Assembly (NCBI RefSeq): GCF_006345805.1
Contig: NW_021834787.1
Coordinates: 1-64,000, forward strand
Reading direction: 5' to 3'
From: Octopus sinensis
Lineage: Eukaryota
DNA: 64,000 bases
Positions 1-10,399 of this stretch are shown here, piece by piece (position 1 is the first letter of the stretch; every line of letters begins with the position of its first letter). A program made the translations under genes and the position numbers. The notes beneath the pieces are model-generated. The model did no database searches, had not been told where the DNA came from, and worked only from the letters and a program-made list of their open reading frames with translations.

Positions 1-38
1 TATATATATACATATATAGACACGTGTGTGTGTGAAAA

Positions 39-358
39 CGCGTGGCTTAGTGGTTTGGGTATTCGGATCATGGTTATAAAGTCGTGAGTTCGATTCCGGG
101 TAGCGTATTGTGTCTCTAGAGCAAGATGCTTTAATTCACGTTGGTCCAGTCCACTTAGATGACAAAAATGAGTAGTACCTTTAGTTCAAAGGGCCGGCCT
201 TGGTAGATTCTGTATCACGCCGAATTCCCTTGAGAACTACGTTAAGGGTGCATGTATCTGTGGAGTACTCAGCCACTTGCACATTACTTCTACGAGCAGG
301 CTGTTCGGTTGTTCAGACGAACTGGAACACTTGTCGTCGGAACCAACAGAATGCTAGT
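39..358 (+). mobile_element. tRNA-derived SINE (family B)
   Basis: Pol III A box TGGCTTAGTGG (43-53) and B box GTTCGATTCC; body shared with copies at ~21640, ~23640, ~27420(-) and ~27860. Confidence 0.75.
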
Positions 359-379
359 TGTGTGTGTGTGTGTGCGCGT

Positions 380-575
380 GTGTGGCCGCCTGTGTATCGT
401 TGGCGATTTTCTTTGTCTTCCGTTCTTTGGACTTTTTCTATATTTCTGATGAAGAGCACTGCTCGAAACGTGAAATCCTCTTTCTTTTCTTTCCTTTCAT
501 GAGCATCCAGTAACACAGTACTTGTACCACGTCCTCGCCTTGTATTTTCTTGCTTATTCTTGTTTGGATTGTTTA
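380..575 (+). mobile_element. Short non-coding PLE pLTR/retrozyme-like unit in microsatellite
   Basis: Collinear with 37208-37410; contains a hammerhead-like core; flanked by (TG)n and (TA)n. Confidence 0.6.
442..476 (+). ncRNA. Minimal type I hammerhead motif, non-canonical GUG triplet (probably inactive)
   Basis: ATTT-CTGATGA-A-GAGC(act)GCTC-GAAAC-GTG-AAAT: stem I ATTT/AAAT, stem II GAGC/GCTC, palindromic ACGT. Confidence 0.6.
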
Positions 576-582
576 CACACAG

Positions 583-625
<43 letters not shown>

Positions 626-744
626 CATTCACACACTACTGTGTGTGAAATGATATTCTTAAAATCAACTTTTACTCATATATATATATAGATATATTTA
701 TATATATATATTTATACATTGGTTTCAAATTTTGGTACAAAACC

Positions 745-900
745 AAAAATTTCTGGGGAGGTAGATAAACGATAATATTGACCCCGAAACGATGAAAAGT
801 AAAGTCAACCACGACGGAATTTGAACTCAGAACGTAAATACGGATAAAACACCGCCAAACATTTTGTCCGGCGTGCTAACGATTCTGTCAGCCCGCTGCC
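745..900 (-). mobile_element. Fragment of central-domain (Meta-like) SINE
   Basis: Reverse complement of the gttagcacgccgg...gttctgagttcaaattcc...gactttgcttttcatc family seen at 10.4-11.3 kb. Confidence 0.65.
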
Positions 901-1582
901 TTATACATACATATATCAAAAACATGATGATTGCTATGTATAAAGTCTACATTACCTAGTAATTGATGTATATTGAAAAATTACGACCCTTCAAAGACAA
1001 AGAAAGGTGTATTAAATAACATATAAGATAAAATTCATGATTCTTGTGTTTGTCTTTATATTTTCATTTGAAGTTGTTACCAAAGGAGACTAAGCGATTG
1101 GTAAAATTTGTCTGCAAGCAGAGAAAATTTGAATAAACCAAAATTTTCGCAACCTGTGTAATTTAACTCTGGAAAAGATAAATGAGATTGTACTAGGGAA
1201 TTATGATTCTCCAACTTTGTCAGAAACATGTGTAAGGTAACTGGAATAAAATGTATAACTATCCATTACTATTGTGCCTTTTCCACACATACCAGGAAGT
1301 ACATAGACGCAAAACAAGGTGGGGGAAATAGTTCTCGAATACCAAAGATAGAGTAAACTACAACTTTAGTAAAGTTTACTTCCGGCTTTAATAAAATAGT
1401 ATATCAGCTCCAGAGGTGGCGGGAACTTATCTCCCTGCTAACAATATAAACAAGAATGCATTTTGCACTAAACGCCAGTAGGAGAGTTTCTCTCATGGTA
1501 TCTACCGCAGTATAGTTTGTTCTAACAGAACATCCACGTTGAAGTAGGAATAAATATTACCCCTCGGATCAATACCGAGAAG

Positions 1583-1624
<42 letters not shown>

Positions 1625-1628
1625 TATA

Positions 1629-1660
<32 letters not shown>

Positions 1661-1959
1661 CGCAATGAGTCGAAACAGGGGCAGCTGAAGTAGGGCAATG
1701 TTTCTTTGTGTTGTTTGTCTTGTACTCTGTTTTTTCGTTGTTAAAAAAAAGTCCGTTTTATAGCTTTGTTTTTATGTTTTCGTTTCTCGTTGTGTTCTAC
1801 GTTATTTGTGGTGTCCTGTACCCATAATGCATGTATATATACATATAGATGTAGGTATGTTACATATCTGTATGTATGTAGTTTTATTTATTAAATTGTT
1901 ATATATATATATGTATATATATATATATGTATATTATATATATATATATATATTATATT

Positions 1960-2009
<50 letters not shown>

Positions 2010-2012
<3 letters not shown>

Positions 2013-2341
2013 TCCTAATTTCATCTCTTTAACTTCGAAACGCGTATACAGTTAATCAAAGCCGAGTGGATTCGTTAATTTTGTTCTCTTTACCTGCGTG
2101 GGTTGTAGAGTATTGCTGTCTGGGAGATAACTTATAGTACTAGAATAGTAGTTTTTAACTGCTATTTCTAAATTTCGGTATGTGGTGAAGCAAATTTTGC
2201 TGAACCCTAATTATAATTATGCTCACAGTTATAGAATTTTTGTATAAGTTTACCGATAATGGTTCTTTTAACATGCCGAATACTACTTGGTGGAATTATT
2301 AATTATTAATTGATTAATTTTACCCTTTATTATTATTGATA

Positions 2342-2342
<1 letters not shown>
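2010..2342 (+). mobile_element. Diverged older relative of the 600-bp hammerhead unit (3' part)
   Basis: Collinear with the array unit from GAAACGCGTA through ctgctatttctaaatttcggtatgtgg to the same terminus (...accctttattattattgataa) abutting microsatellite. Confidence 0.7.
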
Positions 2343-2399
<57 letters not shown>

Positions 2400-3034
2400 C
2401 TAAGCAATAAGGTTTTAGCAACGAATTGCCTTACCACATACCGAATTAGAAATAGCAGTCAAAGGGTTATAGCTATTTCTTCTACTAAAAAGGGAGATCT
2501 CAGTAAAAACAGCAACTGGAAGGCTGACACAAACAGGTAAGAGAGAATGAATTAACTGCAATCTATCAAACATTTAAAAGTATCTACGGACGTACGTTTC
2601 GAAATCAAGTTTTTAGGAAAGCATAAAATTAAATATTAAATATTAAATAATTCTATCTTACCGAAACTTCTTTCTCTTCAGCGTAGAATACTATAATCAT
2701 AAATGATTATATATTGAATTTTGAGATACTAGGAGGCACCAACTCAACTCAGTATCAGAGCGAGCTAGAATCCGCAACTAGTATCACCGAATTCAAATTT
2801 GTGAATGAAACGATTGTGTCAACAGCCCCTTCCCACCCGCGTGTAGCCAAAACAAGATGCTGTGGTCATCTACTGAGATAAATATGGTTTCCGTAATAAT
2901 GAAGGGTGAAATTAATTAATTTGGAATAATTATCAATTACACCAAGTAGTCTTCGGCATGTAAAAGCCTCATTCGAGGAAAATTTAGTAATATAAGCAAT
3001 AAGGGTTTAGCAACGAATTGCCTTACCACATACC
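2400..3034 (-). repeat. Inverted copy (~635 bp) of the 600-bp hammerhead unit
   Basis: Reverse complement of the array unit; outer end abuts (TA)n at 2400; head-to-head junction at 3034/3035. Confidence 0.95.
2583..2687 (-). ncRNA. Type I hammerhead ribozyme (inverted arm)
   Basis: Minus strand reads TCTACG-CTGAAGA-GAAA...TTTC-GAAACGTACGTC-CGTAGA. Confidence 0.85.
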
Positions 3035-3452
3035 GTTTTTACTGAGATCTCCCTTTTTAGTAGAAGAGAAATAGCTATAACCCTTTGACTGCTATTTCTA
3101 AATTCGGTATGTGGTAAGGCAATTCGTGCTAAACCCTTATTGCTTAGTTACTTAAATTTTCCTCGAATGAGGCTTTTACATGCCGAAGACTACTTGGTGT
3201 AATTGATAATTATTCCAAATTAATTAATTTCACCCTTCATTATTACGGATAACCATATTTTATCTCAGTAGATGACCACAGCATTGTTTTGGCTACACGC
3301 GCGGTGGGAAGGGGCTGTTGACACAATCGTTTCATTCACAAATTTGAATTCGTGTGATACTAGTTGCGGATTCTAGCTCGCTCTGATACTGAGTTGAGTT
3401 GGTGCCTCCTAGTATCTCAAAATTCAATATATAATCATTTATGATATAGTAT

Positions 3453-3558
3453 TCTACGCTGAAGAGAAAAGAAGTTTCGGTAAGATAGATTATTTAATAT
3501 TTAATATTTAATTCTTATGCTTTCCTAAAAACTTGATTTCGAAACGTACGTCCGTAGA
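3453..3558 (+). ncRNA. Type I hammerhead ribozyme, array copy 1
   Basis: Stem I TCTACG/CGTAGA, CTGAAGA 3459-65, stem II opened by GAAA/TTTC, GAAA 3541-44, palindrome ACGTACGT, GTC cleavage triplet 3550-52. Confidence 0.9.
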
Positions 3559-4051
3559 TAACTTAAAAATGTTGATAGATTGCAGTTAATTCATTCTCTC
3601 TTACCTGTTTGTGTCAGCCTTCCAGTTGCTGTTTTTACTGAGATCTCCCTTTTTAGTAGAAGAAATAGCTATAACCCTTTGACTGCTATTTCTAAATTCG
3701 GTATGTGGTAAGGCAATTCGTTGCTAAACCCTTATTGCTTAGTATTACTTAAATTTTCCTCGAATGAGGCTTTTACATGCCGGAAGACTACTTGTTGTAA
3801 ATTGATAATTATTCCAAATTAATTAATTTCACCCTTCATTATTACGGATAACCATATTTTATCTCAGTAGATGACCACAGCATCTTGTTTTGGCTACACG
3901 CGGGTGGGAAGGGGCTGTTGACACAATCGTTTCATTCACAATTTGAATTCGGTGATACTAGTTGCGGATTCTAGCTCGCTCTGATACTGAGTTGAGTTGG
4001 TGCCTCCTAGTATCTCAAAATTCAATATATAATCATTTATGATTATAGTAT

Positions 4052-4157
4052 TCTACGCTGAAGAGAAAAGAAGTTTCGGTAAGATAGAATTATTTAATAT
4101 TTAATATTTAATTCTTATGCTTCCTAAAAACTTGATTTCGAAACGTACGTCCGTAGA
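4052..4157 (+). ncRNA. Type I hammerhead ribozyme, array copy 2
   Basis: Same intact core and stems; GTC at 4149-51. Confidence 0.9.
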
Positions 4158-4639
4158 TAACTTTAAAAATGTTGATAGATTGCAGTTAATTCATTCTCTC
4201 TTACCTGTTTGTGTCAGCCTTCCAGTTGCTGTTTTTACTGAGATCTCCCTTTTAGTAGAAGAAATAGCTAACCCTTTGACTGCTATTTCTAAATTCGGTA
4301 TGTGGTAAGGCAATTCGTTGCTAAACCCTTATTGCTTAGTTTACTTAAATTTTCCTCGAATGAGGCTTTTCCATGCCGAAGACTACTTGGTGTAATTGAT
4401 ATTATTCCAAATTAATTAATTTCACCCTTCATTATACGGATAACCATATTTTATTCAGTAGATGACCACAGCATCTTGTTTTGGCTACACGCGGGTGGGA
4501 AGGGGCGTTGACACAATCGTTTCATCACAAATTGAATTCGGTGATTACTAGTTGCGGATTCTAGCTCGCTCTGATACTGAGTTGAGTTGTGCCTCCTAGT
4601 ATCTCAAAATTCAAATATAATCATTTATGATTATAGTAT

Positions 4640-4741
4640 TCTACGCTGAAGAGAAAAGAAGTTTCGGTAGATAGAATTATTTATATTTAATATTTATTTC
4701 TATGCTTCTAAAAACTTGATTTCGAAACGTACGTCCGTAGA
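4640..4741 (+). ncRNA. Type I hammerhead ribozyme, array copy 3
   Basis: Same intact core; a few deletions in the stem II extension. Confidence 0.88.
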
Positions 4742-5230
4742 TAACTTAAAAATGTTTGATAGATTGCAGTTAATTCATTCTCTCTTACCTGTTTGTGTCA
4801 GCCTTCCAGTTGCTGTTTTTACTGAGATCTCCCTTTTAGTAGAAGAGAAATAGCTATAACCCTTTGACTGCTATTTCTAAATTCGGTATGTGGTAAGGCA
4901 ATTCGTTGCTAAACCCTTATTGCTTAGTATTACTTAAATTTTCCTCGAATGAGGCTTTTACATGCCGAAGACTACTTGGTGTAATTGATAATTATTCCAA
5001 ATTAATTAATTTCACCCTTCATTATTACGGATAACCATATTTTATCTCAGTAGATGACCACAGCATCTTGTTTTGGCTACACGCGGGTGGGAAGGGGCTG
5101 TGACACAATCGTTTCATTCACAAATTTGAATTCGGTGATACTGTTGCGGATTCTAGCTCGCTCTGATACTGAGTGAGTTGGTGCCTCCTAGTATCTCAAA
5201 ATTCAATATAATCATTTATGATTATAGTAT

Positions 5231-5335
5231 TCTACGCTGAAGAGAAAAGAAGTTTCGGTAAGATAGAATTATTTAATATTAATATTTAATTCTTATGCTT
5301 TCCTAAAAAACTTGTTCGAAACGTACGTCCGTAGA
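5231..5335 (+). ncRNA. Type I hammerhead ribozyme, array copy 4
   Basis: Same intact core; 2-nt deletion just before TTC-GAAAC. Confidence 0.85.
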
Positions 5336-5625
5336 TAACTTTAAAAATGTTTGATAGATTGCAGTTAATTCATTCTCTCTTACCTGTTTGTGTCAGCCTT
5401 CCAGTTGCTGTTTTTACTGAGATCTCCCTTTTAGTAGAAGAAATAGCTATAACCCTTTGACTGCTATTTCTAAATTCGGTATGTGGTAAGGCAATTCGTT
5501 GCTAAACCTTATTGCTTAGTATTACTTAAATTTTCTCGAATGAGGCTTTTACATGCCGAAGACTACTTGGTGTAATTGATAATTATTCAAATTAATTAAT
5601 TTCACCCTTCATTATTACGGATAAT

Positions 5626-5694
<69 letters not shown>

Positions 5695-5741
5695 ATATAT
5701 ATTATACACACACACACACATATATCGCGTGTGTGTGTATA

Positions 5742-6149
5742 TCTATATATACCTTTATATATAAAAGTCAAGTTGTGTGTCTGTCTCCTACGATTTAGAT
5801 TCCTAACTACTCCCACATTTTGCAGTGCAGTGTAACCAAAACCGGGTATCTTATAGTCGTGATTCATATCGAGCCCTTCTGGGTATTAGTGCGCGTCTAC
5901 GATGAGTCTACGATTAAAAAAAAAAATTACCATCATTTTTTTCCATTTTAATGCATTTTTTCGCTATTATATAAGGGAAGTAACTCTCTAAAAATGTCTA
6001 CGATGAGTCAACGATTTAAAAAAAATTTACCATAATTTTTTTTCCATTTTTAATGCATTATTTTGCTATTTTTTTTGCTATAACTCTCTAAAAATGCTTA
6101 TATAGTTATTTCCCTTACAAACCCGAGCAACGCCGGGCGATACTGCTAG
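5742..6149 (+). mobile_element. Non-autonomous Helitron
   Basis: A|TC 5' end, CTAG|T 3' end (6146-49), subterminal hairpin CCCGAGCAACGCCGGG (6122-37), internal ~100-bp tandem duplication, no TSD. Confidence 0.8.
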
Positions 6150-6419
6150 TATATATATATATATATATGTATGATACACCCACTCACACATATATGTTTT
6201 AACTTGAAGAGAGGTAGGGTTTATCATGGTGAATAACCGAGATATATGACACTAAATATTTAAGGGTGCTTTAAAAAATAAAAATGATCACATGACACTC
6301 CTCATCTCAGACTCAAAGTCTCGAGGTCTGGTAGACAATAATATATGAAAAGGACTTAAATCCGGCTTTTTAAAAGCTACACTGGGGATCATTTGCAGGG
6401 AAAGAGATTTAGTATATCA

Positions 6420-6780
6420 TTAAACTGGTTGTTAACAACTGTCTACGTCACCACGGGCATTTAGCGTAGAATTAGTGGATCTCTTACAAGTCTGCTTGTT
6501 TAAGGTGTCATTGAAATCGGAGATGAAAATGGCGGCGTTGCGTGGGGATGTTAGCCTCGAAAGTCATTGAACGGATGATCCGATGGATGCATAAAAATTT
6601 AATGGTTTGGCAGAAGGTTGGTTTAGAGACAAGAAATAAATCAACAATATTTGGTGTGTCTGTTCGTAGAACAGGGATCAGTTTAAAGGCTGAAATGAAT
6701 TGTTGTAAAGGTTTAACGACTGTAAATGTTACCGTTTCTGCAAGATGAGTTCGTGAATAGCGAAGTAGTTCCATTGAGAG
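6420..6780 (-). pseudogene. Degenerate CR1/Jockey-type APE endonuclease fragment
   Basis: TPNIVDLFLVS followed, after a frameshift, by SIGSS (cf. DLFLTS...PLGSSDH); stops and frameshifts. Confidence 0.4.
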
Positions 6781-6869
6781 GCGACTCTACACGCATACAC
6801 CGTGTAATAACACAAAATGAAGGCAGTTACATTTCTGCACCCATTCCAACTATATTTTACATAAATATT

Positions 6870-7383
6870 GGGATCTTTTCGGTTTCAACGGTAGTTTTTT
6901 TTAATGATTTCCACGTAACTAAACACTTTTAAACTTCGTATACTGGTAGAATGTGTTTATCAAACATTTTTTTCTCTTGGCTTTATTGAGAAAATTCTAT
7001 AGTTTGTAAGATATTTGTTGCTATTTTTTTCTTCAATTTCTGCAATTTCAACCAATCAATGACGTCTATTGAGGTGAAAACATTCTGAGCCGTATGAATA
7101 TGTCCCTCGTTTAAGAAACAGATTGGGTTTATTTACATTTGTGAAGAAAAAAACGATACCATTCCCCCACCCCTAACCCTAACCCTAACCCTAACTAACC
7201 CTAACTAACCCTAACCCTAACCCTAATCCTAACTAACCCTAACTAACCCTAACTAACCCTAACCCTAACGCTAACCCTAAAACAGATTGAAATGCAATAG
7301 ATCGATACTAGGGTCATAATTATTAGTGACAATTTCATATGACACCGTTAGAAAAAAAATGCCGTTCAAACCGAAAAGATCCC
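6870..7383. mobile_element. MITE with ~30-bp TIRs, 6-bp TSD and internal telomere-like tract
   Basis: TIR GGGATCTTTTCGGTTTsAACGG at both ends; AATATT on both flanks; (CCCTAA/CCCTAACTAA)n at ~7172-7279; second copy at 40360-40807. Confidence 0.85.
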
Positions 7384-7649
7384 AATATTGTTATATCGCA
7401 ATACTACACAGTGGCTGTGTGAGCAACGAAATCCTCGTCGCCACTGTTATATCGCACGTTCGAATGCCTTCTACTCAACTCTGCTCTCCTACTACTCTGA
7501 CGACGTCTAGACTTCTCCCTCTATATCTATTGGGCTAGTCTACTTCATCGTCAGGGGGCGTCCACACAACAAAAAATTGAGCTGGATTCACGGCATGGAT
7601 TACGTTACACGTTAATATATTCATTGAACTTGAAAAGCAACGGGAATTA

Positions 7650-7875
7650 TGCCGGGATGTTGGAAAGTTCCTGGCTTTGGGTAAAAGAAAATACAGCAGG
7701 ATCAGTAAATTATGGTTTTATTCAACACATTTCCATCCCAGATTGATGCACGCATTTTTGCGGTCCTTCGGTTTTTCTAAGCTCTGTGAAAGAACTCGGA
7801 GGGTTGGGCCTCCAACCAGGATTTCGCGACACCCTTAATGTCAGGAACTTTTTCAGCATCCCTCAGCATCCCTCG
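7650..7875. mobile_element. Mariner-derived MITE
   Basis: Imperfect TIRs gggatgttggaaagttcctggc / gtcaggaactttttcagcatccc, TA at both ends, 10-bp duplication in the right TIR. Confidence 0.6.
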
Positions 7876-7939
7876 TATGTGTGCGTACGCATGTTTGTAT
7901 GTATTTATGTATGCGTGTTTCTATGTATTATTCTTTTAT

Positions 7940-8114
7940 TCTTTTATTTCTTTGAGTCATTTGACTGGGGCCATGCTGGAGCACCGCCTTTAGTCGAGCA
8001 AATCGATCCCAGGACTTATTCTTTGTAAGCCTAGTACTTATTCTATCTTTCTCTCTTGCCGAACCGAAAAGTTACAGGGACGTAAACACACCAGCATCGG
8101 TTGTCAGATACACA

Positions 8115-8153
<39 letters not shown>

Positions 8154-8332
8154 ACACACACACATATACGACAGTCTTCTTTAAGCTTCCGTTTACCAAA
8201 TCCACTCACAAGGCTTTGGTCGGTCCGAGACTATAGTAGAAGACATTTGCCCAAGGTGCCGGGCAGTGGGACTGAACCTGGAACCATGTGGTTGGTAAGC
8301 AAGCTACTTACTACGCAGCCACTCCTGCGCCT
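7940..8332 (-). mobile_element. tRNA-derived SINE (family A), full length
   Basis: 5' aggcgcaggagtggct head, internal (CA)n tract, 3' gcggtgctccagcatggcc..cagtcaaatgact; many copies in window. Confidence 0.85.
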
Positions 8333-8579
8333 ATGTACGTATGTATGTAAGCATATATGTATGAATGTGTGCATACATGTACGCATGTATATATGTATGT
8401 ATGTTTTCTTTTCCTCTTTTTAATTTAGAGTTACTTTTGAATGTCCACTTGTTTGGTAGCGAGGATCGGAAGAAAAGCATCTTGTTGTTGATCATCACCC
8501 TTTAAATCTTGCAGATTTTATATCTTGCAAATATCTGGTTGCTCCAATATCTATATACGTACTTACACACACACACACA

Positions 8580-9975
8580 TATATATATGCATGCTTGTAT
8601 GTATGTATGTATGTATGTATGTATGTATGTATGTATGTATGTATGTATGTATGTATGTATGTATGTATGTGTGTGTGTGTGTGTGTATGTATGTGTGTAT
8701 GTACGTACGTATGTATGTATGTATGTATGTATGTATGTATGTATGAATATATGCATGTATGTTTGTACGTATGTACGTATGCATGTATGTATGTATATAT
8801 GTATGTATGTATGTATGTACGTATGCATGTATGTATGTATGTATGTATGTATGTATGCATGTATGTATGTATGTATGTATGTATGTATGCATGTATGTAT
8901 GTATATATGTATGTATGCATGCATGCATGTATGCATGTATGTATGCATGTATGTATGTATGCAGGTATGCATGTGTGTATGTATATATGTATGTATGCAT
9001 GCATGCATGTATGTATGTATGCATGTATGTATGCATGTATGTATGTATATATGTATGTATGTATATATGTATGCATGTATATATGTATGTATGTATGTAT
9101 GCATGTATATATGTATGTATATATGTATGTATATATGTATGTATATATGTATGTATATATGTATGTATATATATATGTATATTATGTATATATGTATGTA
9201 TGTATGTATGTATATATGTATGTATATATATATATATGTATATTATGTATGTATGTATGTATGTATGTAACAAGAACAGCGCCAACAAAAATAATAACAA
9301 CAACAGCAGCAGCAGCAACAACAACAGCAGTTCACAAATGTGCTCAGCTTTCAGCTTTGTGGTTTTTACTTTTTCTATGGACTTGAAATTCAAGTGGAGG
9401 AAAAACGAGGGAAAAAATTCCTTATATTCCGTAACTAAACCTAAACACAGTATTGTGTTTGTGTGCAATCTGTGTATGCATATGTGTGTGTGCGCGCGCG
9501 CGTGTGCGCTCCTGCGCGCGCGCGTGTGTGTGTGTGTGTGCGTTTGTGTGTTTGTGTTTGTGTGTTTGTGTGTGAGCATCTGTGCATGCCTGTGTGTGTG
9601 TGTTCCTCTGTGTGTATGTGTGCTTGTGTGTTAGTGTGTCTGTGTGCGTGTGTGTGTGTGTGCCTCTGTGTGTCTGTGTGTGCATGTATGTGTGTACCTC
9701 TGTGTGTATGTGTGCTTGTGTGTCTGTGTGCGTGTGTCTGTGTGCGTGTGTCCGTGTGGCTCTGTATGTATGTGTGTGTGTGTTCATGTGTGTGTGTTTG
9801 TGTGTGTGTCTGTGTATGCTTGTGTGCATGTATGTGTGTGCCTCTGTGTGTATGTGTGCTTGTGTGTTTGTGTGCGTGTGTGTGTGCCTCTGTGTGTGTG
9901 TGTGTGTGTTCATGTGTGTGTGTTTGTGCGTGCTTGTGTGCCTATGTGTGTGTATGTGTGTGTGTGTGTGTAGGC
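8580..9975. repeat. Large compound (TATG)n / (TG)n microsatellite
   Basis: Directly visible; source of MYVC/HTYI pseudo-ORFs. Confidence 0.95.
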
Positions 9976-10399
9976 ACTAACACACTCGAAAGCTTACCCC
10001 TTAGAAAGTCTCTAGAGGGAGGGTTTATCCAAGATGTCCCCCAAGGATTACCATTGAAATCCGGACATTTTAATAACTTCTTCGATTACTCAAGTAGAAG
10101 GAGTGAGAGGGATTAGGGTAGAAGGAGACGTGGAAAGGGTGGAGGTAAAATAAGAGAGAAAAGGAAAGGAAAGGAAATGAAAGAACAAAAAGGACAAAGA
10201 AAAAAGTAAAAAAGAAAAAAAAATTGCTTACGTTGTGGAAAATATTCTCCCAAATTTCAGTGAAATGTCGTCCATCAGTAAATAAAAATTGTCAAGCCCA
10301 CCCGTTTAATTCCGCCACACATATGAAAGTACTTATTGTTCGTGCACTTTTCTTCATCCACACACATATACAAACACACATACACATTAAATACAATCG

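Larger units (their letters stand above)
3035..5624 (+). repeat. Tandem array, ~4.3 copies of a ~600-bp ORF-less unit (retrozyme-like)
   Basis: Unit starts (tttttactgag) at 3035, 3632, 4232, 4816, 5411; copies nearly identical, differing mostly by single-base indels; ends in (TA)n. Confidence 0.95.

Noticed and set aside
1074-1242. Possible exon ending AG|GTAACT, with a protein-like stretch (RNLCNLTLEKINEIVLGNYDSPTLSETCV)
   Set aside because: Every frame from the plausible acceptors hits a stop unless an indel is assumed; no recognisable homology
4117-4308. 63-aa ORF inside the array unit
   Set aside because: Non-ATG start, depends on indels specific to one copy, not preserved in the other copies
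3035-5624. Array as a CRISPR-like or rDNA/tRNA gene array
   Set aside because: Whole units are repeated with no unique spacers, and there are no rRNA, tRNA or snRNA signatures
7172-7279. (CCCTAA)n as a true telomere or chromosome-fusion scar
   Set aside because: Lies inside a TIR/TSD-bounded element that recurs at 40.4-40.8 kb
8495-9980. Long ORFs of 130-340 aa (MYVC/HTYI/CVCV repeats), also at 20.0-20.8, 28.5-30.2, 34.7-35.2, 39.3-40.0 and 61.7-62.4 kb
   Set aside because: Translations of stop-free microsatellites in several frames on both strands; not genes
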